Of a stretch of 59,317 nt of DNA, positions 1 through 16,644 are shown one piece after another (position 1 is the stretch's first letter; every line of letters starts with the position of its first letter). The notes under the pieces were generated by a model. The model was not told the DNA's origin. It made no database searches and saw only the letters and a list, made by a program, of their open reading frames with translations. Source of the stretch: Seison nebaliae (taxonomy: Eukaryota). The stretch covers positions 62,001 to 121,317 of the forward strand of contig JALJEE010000106.1 of assembly GCA_023231475.1 (NCBI GenBank), written 5' to 3'. Position numbers and translations under genes: made by a program.

Positions 1-2742
1 AACTCAACTCGTTCTTCGTTCTCTGAAGGTCACCTAGATTAAAAATTAGAAATTAAATTTTTTTCTTTCCTCAAAACACCGACCATCAATATGAGCTTTC
101 TCACAAATCATTCTCTCATACTCTTGTTTTTGGAGAGTGAAATCGTTATTTAATGTCATTCTTTCATCTTGTAACAATCGTTTTTCTCTTTCAACCTATT
201 TGAACCCAAATCACTTATGATTGTTAATTTCAAAAATTAAAAAACTTTCTCCACCAAAATCTTCAATTGATCACACTCTTCTTTTAATCGACTAATCTGT
301 TTTTGTTGTTGTTGTTGTTCCAAATCTTGTTTATCTTTCGAAATGACGTCATCATCATGACGTTTTTGTAAATCCTATTGAACAGAAGATGTTTTAATAG
401 AAAATTTGAATTCATCATTCTAACTCGATATTCATTTTCGATTCTTTTCATTTTCTTTTCTAATTCAACTTTCTGTTTAACAACACTCTCCATATTCTGT
501 TGTTGGTCGTTCATATCAGTTTGATATTTGAATTTCATTCTTTGTAATTCATTCTTTAATTTATTGTCTAACATTTGATTAGTTTCCTGGAGTTGATCCA
601 TCGTCTTTTTATGAGATGTTCTAAATCGAATTCAATTCAATTTTTTTTTTTATAATTGAACAAGAACTTTAATAAACTAATTTCTTCATCTTTCTCCAAT
701 TTATTTTTTTCTCCTTCTTCTCTCATCTTGTTCATTTGTGTATTGGTATTTTGGAGCTTGGTTCGATATCGATGAAATTCATCTTTCAAATCGTCATATT
801 TCGATTGTACTGTCGATCGATCATTATCTAATTGTCGTCGCTGTTTTTCAATTGACGATAGTTTCGTTGATGTTTCTTCATATTCCGATTTCAATGATTC
901 CAATTCATCTAAAATGTGAATGAAAAAAAATTGAACATAATGGAAAGAGACCAATTAATCGACGTTTCTCTCTTACCAACGACGAGACTTCTTCCTGAGC
1001 ATTTTCCATTTCCGTTTTCTGCGTTAACAATTCCGTTTGTTGACTTCTCACTTTGATTGACAACCGATCGATTTCTTCTTCGTTGCCATTTTGAAGTAAT
1101 CGAATATCGTCACGTTCCTTCTCCAACGACTTAATTCGTTTCTCTAATAATTCGATACGATGTTGTGCAACGAACTCCGAATCTTTTTGTTGTTCACTAA
1201 ATTGTTCCTGTAATTTCGTCGTATTCCTTTCCGCTTGAAATAATTTTTGTTCTAACAATTCCACTTCTTTCAATTGATCCGAATTCTTCGATGACACTTT
1301 CTTATCAAGAAGATTGCGTTCACGTTCGAAATCTTCTTTATCTTCATGAACTTTCATACGAAGTCTCTGAATTTCTTCTTTACATTTCATCAATTGAATC
1401 GATAAATCATCACGTTCTTCTGTTAGAATTTCAGCTTGTTCCTGATAATCTTGAATTTGTTTCAATTTCGTTCGATCAGTATTTTTCTCGTTTCTTAACG
1501 ATTCCTGCTCTTCCATACTCATTTTCAATTGTTTCTTCTCTTTAACTGTATTGTCTAAATTAACTTTCTGAGATTGAATTGTTTCGTCACTCAATTTCAA
1601 ATTCTCTTTCAAATCATTCAACATATTCTCCATCTTCTCCTGCTCGTCTCTCAATGTTTTAATTTCCAGATCTCGTTCGTCAATCGTCAAATTTAATCTA
1701 TCCACTTCATAAGCGCCTGATGATGATGTTGTTCCAGGTGTTGTTGCGGTGGTTGATGGTGAATCTTCCATCTTTTAAAATTTGAAAAATTAAAAATCTT
1801 CGAAAAATGTTCAAAAACTTTTCTACAAAATTTATAAGGATCTGATTGTTTAGAACGTAATTCTCGTTTTAATCTTTAGTGAAGGATAGATAGAGAGATG
1901 GAAAGATGAAAAGTATTAAATGATTTTGATGAAATTTATCTTACAATTGTTAATTTGATAATGAATGTTTATGATTATGATGAAAGTCTTTGAATGAAAA
2001 TGGAAAAAAGAAGAAAAATGAATGAATGAATGGAATGAGAAGAAGGAAGAAATGATGAAAGTGGAATTTCTATCTAACCGTTTATTCTCTTCCGATAATG
2101 AATCGAGTAATGATTCCATTTGCCGGAATGCATTCGATCGGTGATTATTCTTCTCATCCAGATGTTGCTGATTGTGATCATTCGATTTTTGTGTATTTGA
2201 TGTAGAACAAGTCTCTTTGAGTTGTTGCAATTGTCTTCGTAATAAACGACTCTCATCAAACTTGAATGTGGGAGAGAAGAACGGAGAAGAGGATATGATC
2301 AGATGAACATAGAGAGGGATAGAGATAAGAAGGAAGATAATTTCCACACAATTATTTGTAATAAACGAACTTCTTTATCTCGTGAGGCGATCATTTCATT
2401 TAATTTAATATTTGTTTCTTCCAATTCCATACGAAGATTATCTACTTCCTTCTCAAACTTTTTCAATTAATCGATAACAATCCATTCAATCCATCAACAA
2501 ATTAAACAATTAATTTCATTTCTACTTTACAAACAACAACAATCTTTCTAACCATCACACGTAATTCATGTTCAGTTTCGATACTCTCCTCACGATACGA
2601 ACGCAGTTGATTCGGAGTATCATTTCGATTCTATTTGAATAATATTTCTCATTCGAATTTCCAATTAAATAAATTTAACTGAGGAAGTATAGCCGCTAGT
2701 GGCAGGTGAGTAGCGTGAATATCGTGACGATCGATAACTCAT
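1..2742 (-). CDS. Long coiled-coil protein, multi-exon, runs off the window start; family unknown
   Basis: ATG at 2742 (MSYRSSRYSRYSPATSGYTSS). Ten GT(T/C)...AG introns join the track ORFs 1916-2347, 905-1771, 637-954 and 284-601 in frame. The product is E/K/Q/L heptad-rich. Confidence 0.75.
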
Positions 2743-4408
2743 AATGGAAGAAAGACAGACAAATAAACGAAGAAATTTGAATATGTGCTTAAACGAAATT
2801 GTTCCTCACTCAAACTAAAAAGCAGATAAGCAGAAGATAGATGATGATATTGACGATGATGATGATGATGAACTGATAAGACGAAGTCGAAACGGAATAA
2901 AGAAAGAATTCGGAAAAAAACAGAAAAATAACTGGTAATTCCAAATATATGTGAAGGACAACGGAGCATTATATAACTACGAATTATTATTAGACAATTT
3001 TCATATCATTAGACGGAAAATTTGAGGAAGATTGTTTTATGTTTCAAATAAATAATTTGGATAAAATCCATCTATGGCGCCCATTCTCCGCTCATTTCTT
3101 CATGAGCAAATCGTCTTTCCATTATTTTTCAGAATAATTAGAAGTGATTCCTATGTAATAAGTTGATTCGACGAATATTAATGGATATCTATTTGAGCAT
3201 CATCTAATCATCCTACAAACGCCATAGAAACTGATGTGTTTTTATTGAAACGTATAAACATATTCGATTCCTTCTTCTTCATACTCCTCAATTCAGTTGA
3301 ATTGATGGACATTCTAATAATATTTTACTGTTATTTTTTGAGATATTACGTATAACATCAATCTAACATTTGAAAATCAAACAATGAAACAAAATAAAGA
3401 TGAATCATAAATTTCCTTATACATATAAATCTTCTGTTAGACAAACATTTTAATTGTATTCAAAAGAATATGTGCTCAAATAAACAAGTTTCATAAGAAC
3501 TAAAGATTCTAATCCAATTTTATAAAGAGTCGGTAGACATTCGATTTCCTTTCCAAATGTGTCTAAATCTCGTCTTGTGAAGGAACTGGAAGGAAATCTG
3601 TCGAACATGTTGATCTTATTAGGAGATTTCATTTGATCTATTCAAACCTTGACATTCGCTAATTGGAACTTGTTAACATTTGGGAAGGAAATTTTTTTGA
3701 TTGTAGATGGAAAATTCCTCCTCCAGATACACAAACAAAATCCACAACATTCCTTACTTGCTATAATAATTAGTAGTTGGTTTTAAATAAACGGAATAAA
3801 TCTAATAAGAACGGAATAAGTACTAATTTTAATTTCATTGACAACAATGAAGAAAAATTAATCGAGAGGAAAAAAAAGAGCTGAAAATGATCATAATAAT
3901 AAAATCAATAATCTGATTTCACCGAATGAAACGTTTTTGTAGTTGTTGAGATACATGAAATGAAGGGAATAAATGTCACCATCTACTCGTGATTCATAAG
4001 TATCGCAAAATTGAAAAACAGTCAAATGACGAGGAGGTTAAAGAAGAGAGAAATGCAAATGATAAAAATAATTTTTGGTGAAAGGAAAGAATCGATAAAT
4101 TAATCATCAAACTAATTTAATTCGATCGTTTTCTTTCAAAGAAACTTAAGACTTCAAATAGAATTTCAAAAAAAAAAGATATATCTCTGTATATGAGGGA
4201 AGATAAAATGAATAATATGTAAAGAGTTCTATGAAGAATTTGATGTATAATATATACACGAATATCATAATGATGACGATGAAATGAATTGGTTACATCG
4301 GAAAAAATTAAAAATATGTTGAAAAAAATAATTTGACAAATTTTTTTTTCTAAACTCCATTATTCGTGAATTTCTTTTCCGTTAACGGAAAAAAAAGACG
4401 ATCCGAAT

Positions 4409-6966
<2,558 letters not shown>

Positions 6967-8310
6967 ATTGCTTCATTCACGATGGACATTCACTCACTAG
7001 AGAAGTAAACACGTATCCTCTTCTTCTTCACTCTCTCGGAATGATTACAAAATATTTGTATAGCGGAAAATTTATACAGAAATTAAATTTATTTTCTCTA
7101 GAACAGTGGAGGGGACAAAGTAAACAAAAATTAATTTTCAATTTAACATTTTCTTTTTTTGAAGGTGATTTTGAAGAAATCGTTGCGGAACAATAAGACC
7201 ACCACAAACGGATTAGATGTTATGAAACATTTTATTCTAATTCTTCTTATAAATTACAAGTTTTCTTTTCACTTCTCCTTTTTATGGGAAGAATGTTTTA
7301 GACTTTTTCACTTCTATATCTCTCACGTGTAGACTTATTATCAATTCATCCTCTCCTAACAATTGATGAGATGAGACTTTCTCCAATTTACATAAATCGA
7401 ATAATTTATTTTTATAATTTCATTCAATTCATTATTATTCCCTACTTATATAGATAAATAATAATGTAATTGTAAATGACACATACACATTCAAATACGT
7501 ATATCTGCCCCTATTATATAACTTTAGTGTACAAATGAAGTTTCTTTTATTTACGTGTACTTCTTCATCACATCGTCTTTCGATGTTCGTATATAAATTG
7601 ATATATGTATATTCATTTATATGTATTATATATAAATAAAGAAATTTCTTTCTGACACATACATAACATCGTATGTGAGTGAGAGATAAAGAAAGAGATA
7701 AAATATTATTTAACTTTAAATATTTATTTGATAAGCCATCCACATACTGCCCAATGGTAAACAAGGAGAAATTAATAGAAATGATAAATAAGGACAGTTT
7801 TCTTTTATTAATGGAAGCAGAAGAGATTATGTTACATAAGATGTCAGATTGAGAGAAAGAAACATCAATATAATATTTCAGTTAAAAAAATAAAAGATTT
7901 CTTATTCCTCACATGTGCTACTTCACATAGGCTACGAATTCACTTATCAATTAAATGAATAATACATCCTATTATTCATCCTAAACACAATTGACAATTA
8001 ACTTCCTTATTAAATTCCACAATTGCCAATTGGAGAATTAGTGGTAGAATGTGTCGGATAGGTCAGCGAATGCAAAAGAATTTTTTTCTTTCTACTTTTT
8101 ATCGAAATTCTTTTCGTCTTCTTCATTCTCTACATCATCTTATCGAAATTCTTTGACATTTTAACGAATTGCATAAGAAATTGAATGTCGAAATCTTACG
8201 TCCATCCGATGACGTCCATCTATTTCGGATAACCTTCTTTTTCTCGAATTATTAAGCTAATATCCCATCAACTCTATCGCCTTCTTACACTTATATCGCT
8301 GCAGATGAAA

Positions 8311-8318
8311 TGACGTCA
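8311..8318. promoter_or_regulatory. Palindromic CRE (TGACGTCA) upstream of KLF
   Basis: Exact CREB/ATF consensus in the long non-coding region 5' of KLF. Confidence 0.35.
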
Positions 8319-10440
8319 AACATTTGTAGTTTTTCTTCTGCATTTTATCTTTAATTAATTCGACTAATAATAAAAATTCATTCATAAATAAAATATAAAT
8401 GAGATCTATCCAATAACTCTAATTATTATGTAAGTATAATTCTCCTAAATATAACACGAATATTAATCTTATAATGAAACACATTATTCTCATTAGACCA
8501 AATTAATTCCTAGGATTTTCCAACGATTTTATAAATCAATATACATTTGAATAAAACAATATTTCATTCCATGTCGTTACTAATGATTTAAGTCATCCAA
8601 AAATAACTCATCCAGAAATAAGTAAGTTTTCGTCATTTTAGTTCATCAACTAATCATTCTTAATCCCAATTCATTTAATTAGTTTGTTTTATTTTTTACT
8701 CAAAACTCTTTCCCTTTATAGTATTTACAATTTCTCTATCTCAATAATATTTTCATATATATATATATATATCCAGATATATCTTTGATAATTTCGGATA
8801 TAGTCCTCCTGAGATTTATTCATCGAATTCTTCGAATTTCAGAGATAAATATGTCCCAAACGCACAGTACAAACTAATTTTAGATCTCGTTCCTATATTT
8901 TAAAACCTTATAAAGTGAATGATCACAATTCTACATCCATGTACATTACTCGTATTTCACCCGAATTTTGGGCATCGCAAAACAATTTTTGATGAGCTAT
9001 TTAAGACTTTGTGGATTAGAAGACATTTACATTTTAAAATTACTTAATTTTCATTTTTTACTAAACTAAATTCCAATTTTGGACAACGGTTTAATCAATT
9101 GGAATCTGGATGAGGCATTAAAATAAAATGGCATAATCCTTCTTCCCTATAATGGTAGAATATTATAATAGTTATCCAAAAATTATATAGCAAATCTATA
9201 GATTTCATGTTTTGGATGTGAAAAATATATTTTTTATGCTAACCATCAGTGGAAAAGGAAGAAGATCGATGATCGAGAACAATAAGTAACATAAGTTCGA
9301 AAAAATGGACTATAATAAAGATTTTTAAATTTAGTAATCTAAAAATTTGTGTGCATAAATTGATAGAAAGAATATAAAAAGGAGATAAACTGGTTTGACA
9401 TTGAAAGATAATAAAATTCAGTTATTCAGCTCCAGTAATATTGTGATAAATTGAAAAACATTCAATGCACAACCATACATTACATTATGAACAGTTATTC
9501 TTCTTATACGCATCATATTATCTTTTTTTTTATTATGCGCCCATAGTCCTTTCACGAGTGCTCATTTTATAGAATGTTGTGAAACTAATCTGAGAAAGAT
9601 AATGGTACGAATGAAGCAGAAGGAAATAAATTTATAAATGATGAAATAATTACGAAAAAAGCATCAGCGGAATCCCACCATCACATTCAGAGCATCCATT
9701 CAAAAACTTTTTTGTAATGCCATTTGAGACTTATAATTAAGAACAGTTTTTTTGTCTTTTCTTAACTCAAATGTTACAATGTTGTTAGTTTCTAATATAA
9801 CTCATTATGTCAATTTCATTAACAACAAACATTTTTTAGTCTTATGAGTTTAATACTTCAAATATTTCATTTACTCTTTTAGATAATTTATACGGTATAC
9901 TCTTTAGTTGATACCAATCTATTAATCTTGTCTTAGATTCTAGTTAATACATTCACTTTCTTCTTCCCAAACATAAAATAAGGTAGCAACGGAAATATGT
10001 CACCGAAAAGATTTATGCTTCTCGTAAATTATAAGAGAGCAATATCTCAAAAGAACTTTCCTCCTTCTTTAATTATATTAATTAAGCATTTTTATTCAGT
10101 TTAATTGATTAAAAGTAATTCACTCAAATTACAAATAAATTCCCTTTACTTTGTTTTCATATCAATTTATCTTCGATGAAAACATAAAATTAGGTATTAA
10201 GAAACGGACATTGTACTAAAAAATGAAGATAAATAAAAATTATAATAAAAACATTTTTCTTTTGTACTTAACAGATTATCTTAAATTGAAATAACAAAAT
10301 TCATTCTGTGTGATCTTCAAACTTCTGATCTTTCTCAGAAAAAAATCTCAATTAGAAATCTAAACCGTAATTTGAATTGATTACAATTCTAACAGGTAAG
10401 CTCATCTACTGATACCAATTCCTCGTCATCATTAGACAAA

Positions 10441-11761
10441 ATGCTCGGAACTGTGTTGAAGAACCAATGGTTCCGTTTTGGTTGTTGTTTTAGTGGAGTC
10501 TTTCTGTTCTATTTTCGTTTTGGCATTCTTCAAGAAACTCTGTTAGTTCTAAACATTATTTGAAATTCACTCAAAATTTTTTTTAAAGACAAACTACTTC
10601 TTATGCTACTGATAAATCCACATTCTCTTATACCTCCGTCATCGTTCTAATAATATGTTTATTCAACTTGTTAATTGGAGTTTCTGGTTAATACATGTTA
10701 ATTTAAATTGACAACGAACAATTCTGTCTTTTTGTTTAGCGAGAAAATTACAAGGAAGAAAAGTGGAATCTCCATTCGGTTATTATCCACTTATGGCTTT
10801 CTCATACACAGCGGCCATGTATTCTTCCAATTCGGCAATTAAACATGTTCCATACGTAACACAAGTTTCATGATTCTCTCATAATATAAAACATCCAATG
10901 AATTGTTAATAAACAAAAGGTGATTGGAAAATCTATAAAGCCAATTGTTATTTTGATATTTGGTGTCATTTTCGCGAAGAAACGACATTCGGCTAAAAAA
11001 TTTATGTGTGTAGCATTGGTAGTAATAGGTTATTGTCATAATAAGAATAATATCAAAATAATTTTATTCTATTCACTTTATACAGGTGTCATTTTATTCA
11101 CTTATTTTCAAAAGAAAGATACTGGTAAGCAAATTGACAGTGTATTAATCGGATATGCTTTACTAGTTACCATAATTTTTTGAATTTTTAAATAAATTAA
11201 TAATTTAGGCGACATCATTAGCGTGTGATGGAATGACGGGAGCAATTCAAGACCGGAAAAAAGCGGAAAGTCCTATGGATCCGGTCAATTTGATGGTGAA
11301 TATAAATGTTTGGGCTGCAATTTATTGTGTATTCGGTTAACCTTCCCAATTATCTTTCTCTTATTTTATTATCCATTTAGTAACGTTGTTAAATGGAGAA
11401 TTAATGGGAGCCATAGATTATATATTAGTCAATCAAGTAATGTTGAAAGATTTGGTCCTATTTGGAATGTGTAGCGGTTTAGGTCAAATATTCATATTTT
11501 GGACAATCTCCGATTTCGGTCCGCTCAGTTGTTCCATTGTTACTACAACGCGAAAATTCTTCACCGTCCTTTGTTAGTATTTTTTATTTTGAAGGCAAAT
11601 TATAAAATCTTCTCTCGACAGTTTCGTCGTTGATATTAAATAGTGGGAAAAAGCCTTTGAACTCCACTCAATGGTGTGGAGTAGTTTTAGTGTTTGTGGG
11701 TCTGGGTCTAGAGAATGTTCTCTCTGCACTACAGAAGAAGAAAAAAGTGAAAGAAACTTAA
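10441..11761 (+). CDS. SLC35B1: ER transporter of the UAA family, SLC35B1-like, 8 exons
   Basis: Introns 10542-10588, 10687-10739, 10865-10919, 11029-11085, 11166-11208, 11336-11380 and 11573-11621 give one continuous frame. Motifs: FGILQE, SNSAIKHVPYVTQVIGKSIKPI, CDGMTGAIQD, GQIFIFWTISDFGPLSCSIVTTTRKFFTVL and a Lys-rich C-terminus. Confidence 0.9.
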
Positions 11762-11804
11762 AGAAAAACAATCACCCCAAACAAATGACAATATTGTGTT
11801 GCTT

Positions 11805-12356
11805 CTATCGCTTGATATTAAAAAGACGATATACAACAATCGCACAAAATGAAACGAATATGAAAAAATCTCTTTTATCTTTTTTCTTCATTTCCTTCTC
11901 CATTCGACGAACTCGAATTGATAGTTCTCTTATACTTTTCTGTAGTTCTTTCGTTTTCTCGTCGATTTCCTTTTCAATCGGTCGATTCTCTCCAGGAACT
12001 TTAACCTCTACAAATTTGACATTCTTATTCGATTCTAATGAATTAGTTGAGTCATTTCTCGAATTTTCAGTTTTCTCTTCTTCCATATCGAAACTAAGAC
12101 GGTTCATTTCTGATTCTCCTGCAATTCTCCAACATTTTTTCAATTATTGGAGTTAATTCAAAGAAAAAAAACCGTATGTTAAATGTTCAGGTATTTGCAT
12201 GAAATCATTTAATTTTGTCTTTGTATCAAAATCGGAATCATTCGGACGATGACCAATTCGTATGTTCTCAGGCATAAGCATGTTCGTCTCTGTTTTAAAT
12301 AGAATGTAGTTTTAGAATGGTTTTTTATGAAAAATTTGATGTGAACCATTTGACAT
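11805..12356 (-). CDS. MFF: Mitochondrial fission factor-like (MFF/Tango11) tail-anchored protein, 3 exons
   Basis: Spliced N-terminus MSNETNMLMPENIRI...FMQIPEHLTY contains two MxxPE repeats. A coiled coil and a C-terminal TM helix (FFIFVSFCAIVVY) with basic tail follow. Confidence 0.7.
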
Positions 12357-13060
12357 ATTTTTGAATTAAATATCTCTTCTCTTAATTCTACGCCACTTAT
12401 TTCAACTAATTACATTCTTCCTAATAGTTTTATTATGTCCGCGATTTAACTCCCATTAAGTTATCACTTATCCATCTTTTCGGACGGATTTGAATTTGAT
12501 TTAAATATTTATTGAAAGTTTTCTGTTTTTCATATTTTAATTTCATAATTTTTCTTCTTAATTTTTATTGTTATATCCTTCTAAATGCTTCACAATATAT
12601 TGGAGTGCAAATTGAGAAACTAAATTTGGCGGTTGGAAGTTAATTAAGAAAACATAAATTTTAAAAATTAAAGAAAATATTGTCGGTTAATTGGGACTTT
12701 AATTTTCCATCAAGTTGAAATTACTAACGACGAAAATTACATCGTTGAAATCATTTAAATAGAATCGTATTTGAAAATTTTAGGATGAAAAATAAATGAG
12801 TAATCTGAAAGGGATTTTTAGATATAATGTTTGATGGAAGTATAATAAATAAACGATAACGTACGTATGTTGAAAAAGAAAAAAAAATTGAAAAAAAATT
12901 GTAAAATTTCCGATGGAATGAATTGGGAGAATAATTGAAAGGAAAGCTGTAGTGTGCTTTTGGTGAGAAGGGGAAAATAATAATAATAAATTGACACGTC
13001 TTTTCTTTGGTATTTGGGAAGTGCATCGTTACTAGCGAGAACAATTTCAATAGATGAAGA

Positions 13061-16000
13061 ATGGGAATATTTTTGAAAATAAATGTTTTAATTTCACTGA
13101 TTTTCATTTTCGTGAGAATCGGAGTAAAATGTGTGGATCATCACGAATTTCGAACTTGTGACCAATCGTCATTTTGTAAGCGACAACGTGACTATCGGGG
13201 AGATGTGGGAAATTCATACAAAGTTAATTTTGATCAATTGTCAATTACTTCGAGAAATGATGATGGTGGTGGTGAAGATAAGAAGAATTATCAGAGAATT
13301 TTATTTCCGTTAACGAAACACAATGTATTGACGAATAAGAAAGATGAATTGTTAATGTTGATCGATATTCTTCCTCATAATATTGTGAGAATTCGAGTGA
13401 GAGAATTGACGGAGACACCGGTCAGATATCGATATGATGCATCGAAAGAAGTGATCAATTCGAAAATTTTAAATGATAAAGAAAGTCGATTTGAAAATAT
13501 TGAGAAGAAAATGAATGAAAAGAATGAAGTTGTGAAATTGATCGCTCAATTTTCTACATTGAAGAAATATGTGAGTGAGAATGTTCATGAGGAATATGAA
13601 TTAATTATTAATAATAATCCATTTCGTATCGATCTTCATCTCCTTCCTCAACATCAATTGGTGGCAAGTGTAAATGCGAAGAATTTATTCAATTTCGAAA
13701 TTTCTCGACATAAATTGAAAATGAAAAAGAAAATTGGAGAAACGGAAGAGAAATCAGATGATGAAACGAAAGAGAAAGAAGAAGAAAAAGTTGAAGAATT
13801 TGAAGAAGAGAATTTCAGTGAAAATTTCAAATCACATAATGATAAACGACCATATGGACCGATGAGTATCGGATTAGACATCACTTATTATGGAACGAGA
13901 CATGTTTATGGTTTACCAGAACATGCTGATTCATTTAATTTGAGATCGACCATATCGAATGATGATAGTTCATTGATGGATCCTTATCGAATGTATAATT
14001 CGGATGTATTCGAATATGAACTCAATTCCACAATGACACTTTATATTAATGTTCCATTTACAATGACAGCGACTAGTCATCAATCAATTGGAACTTTATG
14101 GATGAATCCATCAGAGACATGGGTCGATATTAAACGTCCGATTAATGATGAATCGATTTTATCGAAAATTTATTCTTTCTTCAATTCACCATCAGATCAA
14201 GATGAGAATACTAACGATTCCGTCAATGATGGTGCCGTTCGTGATTCATTAAACTATTTCAAATTAAATAAAATAAAAGAAGAAAATTATTCAAATGAAA
14301 TTAAACGTCTTTCGAAACAAACTACCGTCCATTGGATGAGTGAAACTGGATTGATCGATATTTATTTAATGCCATCATTTACACCCGTTTCCGTTTTATT
14401 CTCTCATGCAATTCTCGTTGGTACGACGGCTATTCCTCCAGTTTGGTCCATTGGTTATCATCAATGTCGATGGAATTATAATGACGAGAAAGATGTATTG
14501 GATGTGAATGGAGGATTTGAAAATTATAATATTCCTGCCGATGCTATTTGGTTAGATATCGAACATGCTGATGGTAAACGATATTTCACTTGGGATTCTC
14601 ACAATTTCCCCAATGCGAAAGACATGATGGAAACTGTGGAATCCAATGGTCGTCATATGGTTTTGGTGATTGATCCTCATTTGAAATCAGATACAAATTA
14701 CAAAGTTTATAATGACGCATTGTCCAAAAAAGATTTATTGGTGAAGAATAGTGATGGTAATAATTTCGATGGTTGGTGTTGGCCAGGATCATCAGTATGG
14801 CCAGATTTCATGAAAGATGAAGTTCGATATTGGTGGGGTGAACAAATGAATGAAGAGAATTATGGAACTGTTACAAATAATATTGGAGTTTGGAATGATA
14901 TGAATGAGCCAAGTGTTTTCAGTGGACCAGAAAAGACGATGAATAAAGACGCTTTACATTCCGATGGTTTATATGAGAATCGTGATATTCATAATCTTTA
15001 TGGATTATGGGTACAACGTGCATCATTCGAAGGAATATTACGAAGGAATGAATTCGCTAAACGACCCTTCGTTCTCAGTCGAAGTGGTTATAGTGGCGTG
15101 CAGAAATATGGAGCTATTTGGACAGGTGATAATTTAGCTGATTGGAATCATTTAAAAATCAGTATTCCTATGTGTCTCTCATTATCCATATCTGGTGTAA
15201 CGTTCGTTGGTGCAGATATCGGAGGATTTTTTAAAAATCCAAGTGAAGAATTATTTATTCGATGGTATCAATTAGGTATCTTCTATCCATTCATGAGAGT
15301 TCATTCTCATATCGATACGAAACGACGAGAACCATGGGTCTATTCTTCAGAAACTTTAAATCTAATTCGTAATATCATCATCATTCGTTATCAATATCTT
15401 CCATATTGGTATTTCTTATTTTATGTGAATGAAATGAAAGGTCTCCCACCAATGAGACCGTTATGGTATCAATTCTTGTCAGACGAAAAAACTTACGATA
15501 TCGAAGACGAATTCCTTATTGGTTCCTTATTAATCGCTCCGATTTTAGAGGAGAATGTCAAAGAGAAAACCATATATTTACCTGGAAACGGTATTAGATG
15601 GTATTTCATAAAAAATGTCGATGATATTGAAGAGTTTCCATCAGGACAATTAGTGATGAAGAATGTTAATATTGATACGATTCCATTCTTCCAATTGGGT
15701 GGAAGTATCATTCCCAAACGAGAACGATTAAGAAGATCTGCTTCACTTATGCAATATGATCCGATTACATTGAATATCGCATTGAATATTAATAATGAAG
15801 CGACTGGTATGGTCTATTTGGATGACGGAGACAGTTATAAATATCGGGAGAAGAAAGAATTCATTCTCTCTCAAATCCAATTCTCCAACATGACATTAAT
15901 GGGAAGGTTTTTTTCTAATTTAAATTTTTATTTTTTCAAAAATCTGATTTAGAAATCTTAATGAAAATGTGGAAGTTGAAGACGAACGATTGACATCGAT

Positions 16001-16248
16001 ATTCGTTGAACGAATTAGAATTTTTGGATTGAAAAATATTCGAATAAAAAATATCATCTGTCAACAGAAAAACGGTTTAGAATTTTTTTTCAATAATTTT
16101 TAAATTTTTTTTTAAATTAATTTTTTAATTATATTTTTTAGGAGAAATTAAGAATGTGGAATTTAGTCAACCAAATCGAAATGTTGTTGTAATCAGGAAA
16201 CCATCCATCATTCTCAATAATTCGTTTCAGATGAAATTATTCGAGTAG
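13061..16248 (+). CDS. GANAB: Glucosidase II alpha subunit (GH31), 3 exons
   Basis: Signal peptide, then VDHHEFRTCDQSSFCKRQR, GYHQCRWNY, WLDIEH, catalytic WNDMNEPSVF, WTGDN and HSHIDTKRREPW. Two short 3' introns lead to VVVIRKP...TAG at 16248. Confidence 0.96.
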
Positions 16249-16644
16249 GAAAATTTAATTATTAATTATCTAATTTCTTTTCTATGAAATGGTCGAATAT
16301 AAATAGAAGTGTTCAAATAGTCTTTTCTCCTAATTTATATCATTCGATAGTAATTATATATTTTCATTATATTTATCCTTTCGATATATCATATCGAACA
16401 ACTTAATATTTTAATTAAATTTAACACCGAACATATTATTAAAGTCGAACATGGTGAAATTTATTCATTATTGACAACTGTCCATTCTATTCTCCTCATT
16501 TCACGGTATATTTTAATTATTACTATTCCTTATTTGAATTTTGTGTTTATATGAAAATTTTTTAAAAAATTTTTCTCTAATTTCTCTTTTAACTATTTCG
16601 AATAAATTTGTTATTTTAGAAAATATGTACAAAAATTGAAGAAT

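Noticed and set aside
7435..7764. 109-aa minus-strand ORF upstream of KLF
   Set aside because: Non-ATG start and AT-rich noise-like composition with no motif.
11671..12156. 161-aa plus-strand ORF
   Set aside because: Wrong frame of the last SLC35B1 exon, then antisense to the MFF-like gene.
12751..13107. 118-aa F/I-rich minus-strand ORF
   Set aside because: Antisense to the GANAB 5' region with low-complexity composition.
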